Source: an uncultured Acidobacteriota bacterium
Lineage (GTDB): Bacteria; Acidobacteriota; Thermoanaerobaculia; Multivoradales; JAHEKO01
DNA: 64,000 nt
Assembly: GCA_963713825.1 (NCBI GenBank)
Contig: CAVQNG010000003.1
Span: 448,001-512,000, forward strand
Reading direction: 5' to 3'
Shown here: one piece after another, positions 40,503 to 49,427 of the stretch
How the letters are laid out: the number at the start of each line of letters is the position of its first letter
Position numbering within the stretch: the stretch's first letter is position 1
Made by a program: the position numbers and the translations under genes
The notes under the pieces: generated by a model
The model's input: the letters and a program-made list of their open reading frames with translations, nothing else
Databases searched by the model: none
Told to the model about the DNA's origin: nothing

Positions 40503-40886
40503 CCACTCGAAATGGACCACCCGTGGACCACGGACATTGAGTGACCAATCGGCCGGCAGGGGCACCGGCCGCTTCACGTATTGGAGATGGCGGAGGGGGT
40601 GGGATTCGAGCACGGAGGGGCAGGTGCGGGGGTGCAGTGCCGGCGACCAACGGGAGCCCAACACGGAGGGGTAGGCGAGGGGATGCAGTGAAGCCGACCA
40701 TCGGGAGGCAACCTTGGGCCGCGTGAACGGTCGCCGGTTTTCAAGACCTCCGGTTCCCTACTACTGACAACACTTCACAACACCTCACAACGAAGCGACG
40801 GGGCCTCTCGGGCAGAGGGGATTGTTGTGGTCGATGCTCGAGAGTGGTCGTCAGTTGTGGTCTAGGGGACCGAGAGTGGACCACGG
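40503..40886. repeat. Junction J13: arm B, GC hairpin, tRNA fragment with two inserts, arm A
   Basis: tRNA fragment 40588-40748 with inserts at 40610-40710; A up to gagtggaccacgg. Confidence 0.92.
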
Positions 40887-40941
40887 ACGCAGCCTTCAGA
40901 TCACAGAGGGATCTCTTCGTGGCGGCTTTACTTGTAGACCC

Positions 40942-41400
40942 CTAGCCTCGGCCGGAGGAGTGTGTTGAGTTCCCATCTTCCTCCCGCGCCAGTCGGCCTG
41001 CGGCAACGTAGGCGGAGATCATCAGAGTGAACAGTGTGATCTTGAGCACGAACACCGGCGCTAGGCTGAGCGCAGAAGTGGTACCAGTCGCAGCTGCCAG
41101 TGAGCCGGTGATACCCAGACCGACAAGAACTGGGAACGCCGTCAGAAGCAGCACCCCACGGCGCTCCACCGGCCGCCGATCGGCCCACAGAAGTAGGAAC
41201 GTCCAGCCGAGCATCAACGAGGCGCCGACACCCATGTCGATTCTGTACTCCAATCCGGGACTGAAATCCGATTTGCCGAAAACAAGGCCCCACAGCGGCG
41301 GGTAGATCATGGCAACGAAGAAAAAGAAGTCAGCGACGGCACCTGTCCAGTAAGCTGCCCTCAACAAGACGACATTCTTTCGAATCATGAGGTCCCCCAT
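40942..41400 (-). CDS. Small four-TM hypothetical protein
   Basis: YWTGAVAD, LMLGWT.LLLWADR.P.ERRG. Confidence 0.7.
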   Translation of the reverse strand: MGDLMIRKNVVLLRAAYWTGAVADFFFFVAMIYPPLWGLVFGKSDFSPGLEYRIDMGVGASLMLGWTFLLLWADRRPVERRGVLLLTAFPVLVGLGITGSLAAATGTTSALSLAPVFVLKITLFTLMISAYVAAGRLAREEDGNSTHSSGRG

Positions 41401-41511
41401 CTGTTCTCCATTCTAACGATGGACCAGGGAAGCCTAGTAGGCTCGGCTTAGGAACGGAATCCAGCATCCCTCGCCGCTAGTTGTCTCGCTCTTGAGAAAG
41501 AGAAACTGATC

Positions 41512-43107
41512 ATGGGTCATGTGTTGAGAACGGGCGCCACGTTAGCAGTGACGATTGTGCTAGCCGGTTGCGGCCAACGCGAGGAACGACAACCGCGGCC
41601 CCAACCCCCAGACGGCGCGGTCGCAGGGGATTTCGACGTAGTCCCCTGTGTTCATGTGGCACGCGACGTTGAGTACCCGGCCGAGTGCGGCACGCTGATC
41701 GTCCCGGAAAACCGCCATGACCAGACCTCCCGCCTGATTGCCCTGCCCGTCAATCGTATCCTCGCCTCGGGCGATGCGCCGGATGAACCGATCTTCCACC
41801 TCACAGGCGGGCCGGGGATGTCGAATATGGCCTACAGCACGGTGGAGTGGTTCCAGGAGAACCACGACATTGTTCTAGTCGGCTTTCGCGGCGTGGACGG
41901 AACGGTCTATCTCAGCTGTCCGGAAGTAACCGAGGCGATGGGCTCCGGGCTGTCGCTGATGAGCCGAAACGGCATGGCGGCCCAGAGTGAGGCCTATGCC
42001 GCCTGCTCCGCGCGGTTGACCGCAGAGGGCATCGATCTGGACGGCTACACGCTCTTGGAAGTCGTTGATGATGTGGAGGCCGCACGTCAGGCTTTGGGCT
42101 ACACACGAATCAACCTGGAAAGCGGCAGCTACGGTACGCGCCTTGCTCAGATCTATACCTGGCGATATCCCGACAAAGTCCACCGCAATGCGATGGTGGC
42201 AGTCAATCCGCCGGGCCGCTTCTGGTGGGACGGAGCGATCCTGGAAGAGCAGATCCTGCGTTACTCGACCCTGTGCGCCGAAGATGAGTACTGCTCCTCG
42301 CGCACCAACGATCTCGCCGCTTCTATCCAGACGGCGCTGGACAACATGCCGGAGCGCTGGCTGGTCTTCCCGGTCGATCGCGACGCGGTGCTCTTCGCCA
42401 CCTTCATGGGTCTTTACTCCACAGATGGCGCTGCATCCACCTTCGACATTTGGCTTGCCGCCGCAGAGGGCGACTACAGCGGCATGGCGTTGGTATCTGC
42501 AGCGCTGATGTTCATGCTGCCGACCGACATGGCCTGGGGCGACAGCGCGTCGAAAGCCGGCAGCGCGGACTATGACTTCGACCCGACAGCCGACTATGTC
42601 GCCGAGGTTACGCCAGATCCCTATCTCATCGGCTCGCCGGGTTCGTCGATGGGCTGGGCCTCGGCGGCCACCTGGCCAGCCAAGAAGATCCCCGATGAAT
42701 ACCGCACGGCACAGCCCTCATCGGTGGAGACGCTGCTGCTCAGCGGCTCGCTGGACGTCTCCACCCCAGCTCAGAATGCCCGGAACCAACTACTCCCCCT
42801 TTTGGAGAACGGCGAGCAGGTCGTGCTTTCCGACTTCGCGCACACCGGTGACCTCTATTATCTCCAGCGAGAAGCGACGCGGCACTTGCTGAGAAACTTC
42901 TTCGCTACCGGGGAAGTGGACGCTTCGCTCTACCAGCCGAACACGGTGAACTTCAAGCCAGACTGGGGCTTCCCACTTATCGCCAAGCTCCTGTTGGGCG
43001 GCGCGGCACTGACGCTGATCATCGTAATGCTCCTGATTCGATTCTTCTTTCGCTTGGGGAGACGAGTGTTGATGCGGCACCAGACTGGAGGGCTCCCTGC
43101 AGGATGA
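41512..43107 (+). CDS. Alpha/beta hydrolase lipoprotein (TAP-like peptidase)
   Basis: LAGC lipobox, CGTLIVPENR, GGPG, GSYG, D..TP, H. Confidence 0.85.
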   Translation: MGHVLRTGATLAVTIVLAGCGQREERQPRPQPPDGAVAGDFDVVPCVHVARDVEYPAECGTLIVPENRHDQTSRLIALPVNRILASGDAPDEPIFHLTGGPGMSNMAYSTVEWFQENHDIVLVGFRGVDGTVYLSCPEVTEAMGSGLSLMSRNGMAAQSEAYAACSARLTAEGIDLDGYTLLEVVDDVEAARQALGYTRINLESGSYGTRLAQIYTWRYPDKVHRNAMVAVNPPGRFWWDGAILEEQILRYSTLCAEDEYCSSRTNDLAASIQTALDNMPERWLVFPVDRDAVLFATFMGLYSTDGAASTFDIWLAAAEGDYSGMALVSAALMFMLPTDMAWGDSASKAGSADYDFDPTADYVAEVTPDPYLIGSPGSSMGWASAATWPAKKIPDEYRTAQPSSVETLLLSGSLDVSTPAQNARNQLLPLLENGEQVVLSDFAHTGDLYYLQREATRHLLRNFFATGEVDASLYQPNTVNFKPDWGFPLIAKLLLGGAALTLIIVMLLIRFFFRLGRRVLMRHQTGGLPAG

Positions 43108-43217
43108 GATCGCAAACTGGCGCGACTGATTGGGCGATCCACGGCCTGACCTGACCCCCTGAAACGAGTCCAGTTGGAGGGTTAGGGAGCCGCGCTTCAG
43201 ACACTTTCAGGCTTCTA

Positions 43218-43725
43218 GGTAGCTATCTCAGTATTCCCGAACCGCTCCCGCAGCTCCGAGATGCCTCTTCTGGCCGCGGAGACATGTCGGAAGGGCTTCC
43301 TGATGGGTTCCGAAGTCCTTCTGAAGGTCCACGGAAATGGACCACCCGTGGACCACGGGCATTGAGTGACCAATCGGCCGGCAGGGGCGCCGGCCGCTTC
43401 ACGTATTGGAGATGGCGGAGGGGGTGGGATTCGAGCACGGAGGGGCAGGTGCGGGGGTGCAGTGCCGGCGACCAACGGGAGCCCAACACGGAGGGGTAGG
43501 CGAGGGGATGCAGTGAAGCCGACCATCGGGAGGCAACCTTGGACCGCGTGAACGGTCGCCGGTTTTCAAGACCGTTGCACGGCTTCCAAGCGAGACAAAT
43601 CCAGACTAAAAGGGACCAAAGGAGACTAATGACCGTCGATCTTGTGGGGAAACATCATTTTGTCTGGTTTTGTCCCGATTGGTCTGGTTTGGGCTCCTCG
43701 GTGTACCACAGGTGTACCACGGGAT
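43218..43725. repeat. Junction J14: long arm B, GC hairpin, tRNA fragment with two inserts, arm A2
   Basis: 43334-43573 nearly identical to 40509-40748, followed by an AGAC/GTCT array and two TGTACCAC. Confidence 0.92.
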
Positions 43726-43783
43726 GTGCACCACCCGAACTCGCCACTTCGGGTCCACACAGCCGCAGAACTGATTCAGGAGC

Positions 43784-44680
43784 CTACTTTGGAAACAACA
43801 GTTTCAGCTGCAATCGTAGCGTCCACGTTTCACCCTGATTCTGCAGGTTGGGTGCGTCGGCAATCCGCGGCTTCGGCTTCTCAACGTTATAGAAGGCCTG
43901 CATCGAAAGGTCCAGGGGCTGCTTGCCCCACTTGACGATCCTGCCAAACCCGCCGCCGAGTGGTACCGTCCATCGGTTGCTGCTCGAGGCCGTCCAGTTG
44001 GCAGTGATCACCGGCACCGACGTTAGGTACCAGCCCTTGTTCAGGTTGTAGTTGATGATGGGCTGCAGCGTCATCAGGTTTACACTCTCGGCATCGTCAT
44101 CCCCTGCGAAGGACCATACATTCTGAACCAGGACACCCAGAACCCAGCTTCCGGGCATGGTCAGCACCACGACGCCGGCTCCGCCCGACCACTTCTCGCT
44201 GGCCCAGCTGTCCTCGGTTGCAGAAGGGAACAGAAAGGACGGCCCGACACCCCAGATGATCTTTCCCGGCTGAGACGGCGAGATGAAACCGGTGTAGCTG
44301 ATGTCTCCCAGACCCGACCGACTGTCACCTACCTCCGAGAAGACCGCCTCTTGATAAATCAAAGGCACGATGCCACGGTTGATCAGGTTGAATTTCTTAC
44401 TCAGACCTACCGGATAGACGGGCTGGATGTTGAGAACGTTCGAAATCGCATCGTCCGGTCCGATACCAAAGCTGGTGTTGTTCTGAAACGGCAGGCTGAC
44501 GAGATTGCCAATCGGGTTCTGCGACTGTTTGGCGAGATCCGACTCACCCTCCTCCTGCGCTGCGGCAGAGACCAAGGAAAACACCAAAGCCAGGACTGTG
44601 GTTACGGTTCCTCTTCGTGCTCTAGTCACACTAGCGACGCGAACCTTGGGCCACCCCCGAACCTCGGGTAGTCTGCTCAC
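43784..44680 (-). CDS. Outer-membrane barrel-like hypothetical ('neuromedin U'-annotated family)
   Basis: LAKQSQNP..L.SLPFQNN, GLGDI, WTVPLGGG, terminal LLFPK; true start probably somewhat downstream. Confidence 0.7.
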   Translation of the reverse strand: MSRLPEVRGWPKVRVASVTRARRGTVTTVLALVFSLVSAAAQEEGESDLAKQSQNPIGNLVSLPFQNNTSFGIGPDDAISNVLNIQPVYPVGLSKKFNLINRGIVPLIYQEAVFSEVGDSRSGLGDISYTGFISPSQPGKIIWGVGPSFLFPSATEDSWASEKWSGGAGVVVLTMPGSWVLGVLVQNVWSFAGDDDAESVNLMTLQPIINYNLNKGWYLTSVPVITANWTASSSNRWTVPLGGGFGRIVKWGKQPLDLSMQAFYNVEKPKPRIADAPNLQNQGETWTLRLQLKLLFPK

Positions 44681-45933
44681 TGCTGTTTCTCGTTGAGTCC
44701 AAACTGCTCGTTGACCTCGTCATATATGGGCTGAATCACGTCCTTCATGTCGTATTTGCCGCCTGCGATCATGTCCGAATAGGGGATCATGAGACTTGGA
44801 TCGGGCACCAGCGGCTCCTTGGTGGCCGGAGGTGGCCAGACGTCTTCATCAACAACTGCCATCCGTACGCGAATGTCGTCCTTGGTTATGTTCCACACCA
44901 TGTAGTCCACGGAAAGGCTCAGCGGACCCTCGTAGGTAGTTCGGATGCGAGCACCGACGTCAGGTCCGATGTCCCAATCATTGAAGAAGTGATATGCGAC
45001 CGCCATCCGCGGCTTGATGATCGACATCATCTTGCCAAACGCCTCTGGTGCGGTGTGGATCTGGGTAGCCACCGATAGAGCGCCTTGTGGTGTGAACTTG
45101 AACCTGTCGATCATGGCCGGTACGGGAATGAAACACTCGTGAATCGCCAGGTCGGCGCCCTTCGCATACTCCGCGTACCACTTGTTCGGATAAGTATCAC
45201 CTCCGAACACGAATTTGAGATCGTTCCACTCGACGATGAAACTCACTGGACCATCCAGGGAATGGATGGCTGGGATGGACCGAATCGTGACGCCGTTCTC
45301 CTGATAGATGATCTCATTCACGCCCTTGTAGTCGAACTCGGTAACCTCAAAAGGTACATATCCGCGTGGATCGGTAATTCCCTTGCGGCCATCGAGGTCC
45401 CAGGTGAGCGCCTTGTACAAATGATCCAGCGCGTATTTCGTGCCCCTCTCCGGTGTATCACCGCTCGGACCCCAAACGCGTAACGGTCCCTGGCGGCCGG
45501 ACAACGCGCCACCGACAAACAGTGCATCCAGATCACCGAAGTGGTCGGTATGCAGGTGGCTCAGGAAGACCTTGTCGAGGAAGTTGTAGGGGATTTGTAG
45601 TGCTGCGATCCGCTCTGCCGATCCGGTGCCAGCATCGAATACAAACTTGTCACCGTTCCCCAGTTCGAGCAGCCAGCACGACGCCGCTTGTTTCGGACGA
45701 GCCGTTGGCATGCCAGTGCCACAGGCAATCAACCGCATTTCGTCCGGACCCAGTGCCTCGCTGTTTGGCGTATAGAAGTCGCGCTCGCGGGGTTCGATCG
45801 GAGAAATCTCCTCCGGTGGAGTCGCCGCTACGAGAGAAATGAAGCCTACGGTCGCAGCCATGCCGACTGCGAGCCCAGCCACGAACGTGAACCTCTTTGC
45901 TCTGCCTACTCTCATTTTTCGATTCCGCATCAT
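44677..45933 (-). CDS. Secreted MBL-fold metallo-hydrolase (RNase Z/arylsulfatase AtsA-like)
   Basis: CGTGMP, DAGTG, SHLHTDH, GDT, HE, H motifs. Confidence 0.85.
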   Translation of the reverse strand: MMRNRKMRVGRAKRFTFVAGLAVGMAATVGFISLVAATPPEEISPIEPRERDFYTPNSEALGPDEMRLIACGTGMPTARPKQAASCWLLELGNGDKFVFDAGTGSAERIAALQIPYNFLDKVFLSHLHTDHFGDLDALFVGGALSGRQGPLRVWGPSGDTPERGTKYALDHLYKALTWDLDGRKGITDPRGYVPFEVTEFDYKGVNEIIYQENGVTIRSIPAIHSLDGPVSFIVEWNDLKFVFGGDTYPNKWYAEYAKGADLAIHECFIPVPAMIDRFKFTPQGALSVATQIHTAPEAFGKMMSIIKPRMAVAYHFFNDWDIGPDVGARIRTTYEGPLSLSVDYMVWNITKDDIRVRMAVVDEDVWPPPATKEPLVPDPSLMIPYSDMIAGGKYDMKDVIQPIYDEVNEQFGLNEKQQ

Positions 45934-45999
45934 CAACCTCCTGCCGCTTCCCATGCGGCGACAACCAACACCAGATGTGTTCGTCTGAGCCTGTATTAT

Positions 46000-46015
46000 T
46001 AGACGCCGGCGTATA
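46000..46015. promoter_or_regulatory. Putative TetR operator
   Basis: Palindrome tagACGCCGGCGTata between the divergent hydrolase and TetR genes. Confidence 0.45.
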
Positions 46016-46052
46016 GTATCATTTGTGTACGCAATCGTCTAGTAATGTTAGA

Positions 46053-46622
46053 ATGCACCTCGTGTCGTCCAAGAACAAACAGCCGCGAAGGAAGAAGGAC
46101 GACTGGCTCAGAGCGGCCCTTGAGGTGTTTGAGAAAGAAGGTATCGAAGGGGTCAGGGTGGAGAGACTGGCGCGGGATCTCAACGTGGCGAAGAGCGGCT
46201 TCTACTGGCATTTCAAAGACCGTGATCAGCTGTACGACGAGTTGCTCGGACTCTGGGAACAAGAATCCACACTGGACGTGACGACGAGCGACGCGACTGT
46301 CTCTCTACCCCCCGCGGACCGACTCTTGCGAACGGCCTACCTGATCTGGGTACACGACCTCACGCGTTTCGATCTGCCTTTCCAGGCCTGGGCTCAGAGA
46401 GACCCCAAGGTTCTCGACCGGGTGCATCAAGTCTACGAGCAGAGGCTTTCCTGGATCCGACAGATGTTCCGCGAGCTCGGTTTCAAGGGCGAAGACCTCG
46501 AGATGAGGACCCGCTTCTTCGTCGTCTACCACGCCTGGGAGCGTACCGTGTTTCCGCAGCTGCCAAAGGCTCAGGCGAAGCGACTGATCAAACGACGGGT
46601 GGATCTGCTCGTTCACCCCTAG
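46053..46622 (+). CDS. TetR/AcrR family regulator
   Basis: GVRVERLARDLNVAKSGFYWHFKDR HTH. Confidence 0.92.
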   Translation: MHLVSSKNKQPRRKKDDWLRAALEVFEKEGIEGVRVERLARDLNVAKSGFYWHFKDRDQLYDELLGLWEQESTLDVTTSDATVSLPPADRLLRTAYLIWVHDLTRFDLPFQAWAQRDPKVLDRVHQVYEQRLSWIRQMFRELGFKGEDLEMRTRFFVVYHAWERTVFPQLPKAQAKRLIKRRVDLLVHP

Positions 46623-46681
46623 GCCGACCGCTTTGTTGCTCCAGTGCTCCACTGCTTCACTGCCGGGTGGGCGGGCGGGAA

Positions 46682-46930
46682 TGGCGGAGGGGAAGGGATT
46701 CGAGCACGGAGGGGTAGGCGCGGGGATGCAGTGAAGCCGACCATCGGGAGGCAACCCTTGGACCGCGTGAACGGTCGCCGGTTTTCAAGACCTCCGATCT
46801 CCCACAACTGACAACACTCCACAACACCTGACAACGAAGCGACGGGGCTCCGCTGGCAGGGGGGATTGTTGTGGTCAATGCTCAAGAGTGGTGGTTAGTT
46901 GTGGTCTAGGGGACCGAGAGTGGACCACGG
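46682..46930. repeat. Junction J15: tRNA-Ser 3' fragment with one 50-bp insert plus arm A (attR-like)
   Basis: Identical to 53517-53577 apart from the insert at 46704-46753; complete arm A follows. Confidence 0.92.
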
Positions 46931-47178
46931 GGCGTCCTGAATCCCTTCAGAGTCAGGCGACATCTGCTCCGACCAGCCAACCAGCGAATGCTGCGTGCCC
47001 GCTCCTTCCTTGTGTGGCATGAGGTGACGTGTGCCTGCCCGATCCAGAATTAGGCCCCGGATTCGGCCCAAGCCTCGCTCGGCAGACGCCAAGTTGACAG
47101 AGCCTAGGCGACGGGTCTCGGCGACACCATGCTGCTCATGATGGTGGCTTCCAATTCTGGCATTGCGAGGGGCTTCCT

Positions 47179-48486
47179 TCAATCGAACAGCCCTGATCTT
47201 GCGAGCTGCCTGGCGATACGCGGCATTTCATCCATCCGCCCTGCAGTCTTGGTGCCGAACCACGCAACTACCAATTCCTTCGACGCAGACACGTACAGGC
47301 CTTGCCCGCCGAATCCACTCTTGAAGAAGTCGCCGTCAGAGGTGACGACGTCCCATTGGCGGGTACTGTGGTGGAACGACCCATCACCGAGATCTTCGTT
47401 GTGCCAACGCCTTTGCTCTTCGGTGGTTAGCTCGGGTCGACCGGCTTCTTGGATGTTGTCGAGATAGGCATCAGACACCACAGGATTCCCCCCGGCGCGC
47501 CCCTTCGGAGTGAAGAGCATCCCGTAACGAGCCAGATCACGCAAAGTGCTGCTGAACCCTCCCCCGGAAAAGGAGTTGCCGTGGGCCGTGGCAGTGATGA
47601 ACGCGTCGGACTCAGCACCTGTGCGCCGCCAGATCTCACGCTCGACAAAGTCAGAGAAGCGCTCCCCCGAGACGGCCTCCACCAACCCATTGAGGATCTC
47701 GGTATTCACCGAGGTATAGTCGAACACCTGACCGGACGGCGCACCCCGAGACATCTGTGCGACGGTGTTCATTGGGTCGGCCAGAACTTGGTCAGTCTCC
47801 GGCCACCCGAAGGCGTCGTAGAAGGCCCAGAAGCACGAGTCGGGCTCATATTGAACTTCCGGGCAGTCGATCCCGGACGCCATGTCCAAGATGTCGATGA
47901 CCGGAATGCCTTCCCAGGCGGTCCCGGCGAGGGGTTTGAGATAGGAGTCGATGGGCCGGCTCACATCGATGCGCCCGCGGTCCTCCAGAATCGCCATGGC
48001 CGTCGAGACCATGGTCTTCGAGACCGAGAACCAAACATGTCTGTCGGTGGGCAGCATCCGCGGATAGGTCTCGAAGACGATCCGCCCATCGTGGACGACC
48101 AGCGCTCCGTCCACTGCAGAATTCTCCGCGTAATCCGCCAGAGTCATTTCGCCCGCCTCCACCGATACCGTGACGTTCCCGATCCCTGCGCCGGGGTCCA
48201 CGGGAAGCGACCTGATGGGCCCGTTCCGCCTGAGTACGATCTGTGGCCAGAATTCCGACATGTGTAGGTAGACGTAACGGGTGAAGTCCCCGCCCTGTGA
48301 CCACTCGGAGAAGGTGGGATCGAAGCGTCGATGGATGTCCCTCACCTCCTCCAAGGTAAAGAAGCGCTCGGCCTCCGATAGGGCGGAGGTGGAATCCACC
48401 ACCTCGCTGTCAGAAGCCGCCGGCTCCGTGGCTGGCATACATCCGACTGCCAGGACAAGGACGAGTCCGGCCATTGGCTGCTTCAT
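47179..48486 (-). CDS. Serine hydrolase, beta-lactamase family (aminohexanoate hydrolase-like) lipoprotein
   Basis: AVGC lipobox, FSVSK, YTSVN, GFGGQ. Confidence 0.88.
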   Translation of the reverse strand: MKQPMAGLVLVLAVGCMPATEPAASDSEVVDSTSALSEAERFFTLEEVRDIHRRFDPTFSEWSQGGDFTRYVYLHMSEFWPQIVLRRNGPIRSLPVDPGAGIGNVTVSVEAGEMTLADYAENSAVDGALVVHDGRIVFETYPRMLPTDRHVWFSVSKTMVSTAMAILEDRGRIDVSRPIDSYLKPLAGTAWEGIPVIDILDMASGIDCPEVQYEPDSCFWAFYDAFGWPETDQVLADPMNTVAQMSRGAPSGQVFDYTSVNTEILNGLVEAVSGERFSDFVEREIWRRTGAESDAFITATAHGNSFSGGGFSSTLRDLARYGMLFTPKGRAGGNPVVSDAYLDNIQEAGRPELTTEEQRRWHNEDLGDGSFHHSTRQWDVVTSDGDFFKSGFGGQGLYVSASKELVVAWFGTKTAGRMDEMPRIARQLARSGLFD

Positions 48487-48534
48487 TGTCTCAAGCTCCC
48501 AGAAACGGCTCCACCTACGCTGCTACGAGAGGCC

Positions 48535-48705
48535 GCATAACGGATCCGCCCATAACCTGCAGGCTTCGCCGCGTAAGAGTTGGCGAGAAGATACCACCCC
48601 GGAGCCAGGCAGCTAGAGCGGCCTTCTCGGCGACAGCCGAGACGAGGTCGCGGAATTCACTCCCAACTCGTCAAGCGGCCTGTAAGGTTCAGGGGCTTGT
48701 TATGC
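48535..48705 (-). mobile_element. Integron attC site (long)
   Basis: Minus strand GCATAAC...TGAACCTTACAGGC / GCCTGCAGGTTA...GTTATGC; the ORF stop TAA lies inside the R'' box. Confidence 0.7.
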
Positions 48706-49161
48706 GGCGGACGACGTAGCCATCTCAGATCTCGCGACGAGGTACGCGAGGTAGAACATTCGGAGAAACGAGATCATGAAAACCACGGACAGCACGATCA
48801 GCAGGGGACCGTAGGTAGGATCCTCGGCCAAGGGTCTACGTCCCTCGGGAACGAATCTGTCGAGACCAACGGCGCCGAGAAGACTGAAAAACGAGAGAAT
48901 ACGATTTGTAGCGACAGCCTTGCGTCTTCTGGATGCAAGCTGAGATGACTCATTCGGCCGGACGGGCGACGCGAACACCGGAAGCAAGAAGGGAATCCCG
49001 AGCGCCGCTGGAAGCCACCAAGCCGGGTTCTCACCTGGTATATCGACTGCAAGGGGGACTGCGCCCAAGAAGACAAGGAAGAGCCCTAGCGAGCCTGAGG
49101 CGATACGTACGGGCAGGCCAATCGGCGAGTTGCTTTTAGCCACCAAATGAGTCCGCCGCAT
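48700..49161 (-). CDS. Integron gene cassette, four-TM hypothetical protein
   Basis: ATG lies within GTTATGC of the upstream attC and TAA within GCATAAC of the downstream attC. Confidence 0.7.
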   Translation of the reverse strand: MRRTHLVAKSNSPIGLPVRIASGSLGLFLVFLGAVPLAVDIPGENPAWWLPAALGIPFLLPVFASPVRPNESSQLASRRRKAVATNRILSFFSLLGAVGLDRFVPEGRRPLAEDPTYGPLLIVLSVVFMISFLRMFYLAYLVARSEMATSSAA

Positions 49162-49292
49162 AACGCCCTCGGGCTAACCGGCGCCGCCAACGACGGTACC
49201 GGGAATCTCGATTGATTGAACTGGTCACTTGCAGAGTTTACAACCGCTCCCGCAACGCGACGGGCGGCGTCCGGTTCAGCGAGTTGTTAGAG
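49158..49292 (-). mobile_element. Integron attC site
   Basis: Minus strand CTCTAAC-N7-TGAACCGGACGCCGCC ... GGCGGCGCCGGTTAGC...GTTATGC, an imperfect inverted repeat. Confidence 0.8.
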
Positions 49293-49427
49293 GGCACCTC
49301 AGAACACGTAGTCGACAAAACCAACAACGGCCGCGCCAACGATGGACAGAATGAGCGCCAGCCAGAGGGAGGAACGAGCCTCATGGATTCTGACGCCCGG
49401 CCGGAGGAGCACGATGATGGTGTCCAG

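Noticed and set aside
40317-43838. Repeated short ORFs over junctions (e.g. 40492-40701, 43215-43526, also 46619-46885 and 5743-5979)
   Set aside because: These are translations of tRNA and arm repeats. Frames are not conserved between copies and there are no protein motifs.
46704-46753. T-loop insert as a tRNA intron
   Set aside because: It is too short for a group I intron, lies outside the anticodon loop and is absent from the functional gene.
5908-46792. Additional functional tRNA-Ser genes
   Set aside because: All copies lack the 5' acceptor strand and D arm, and most have T-loop insertions.
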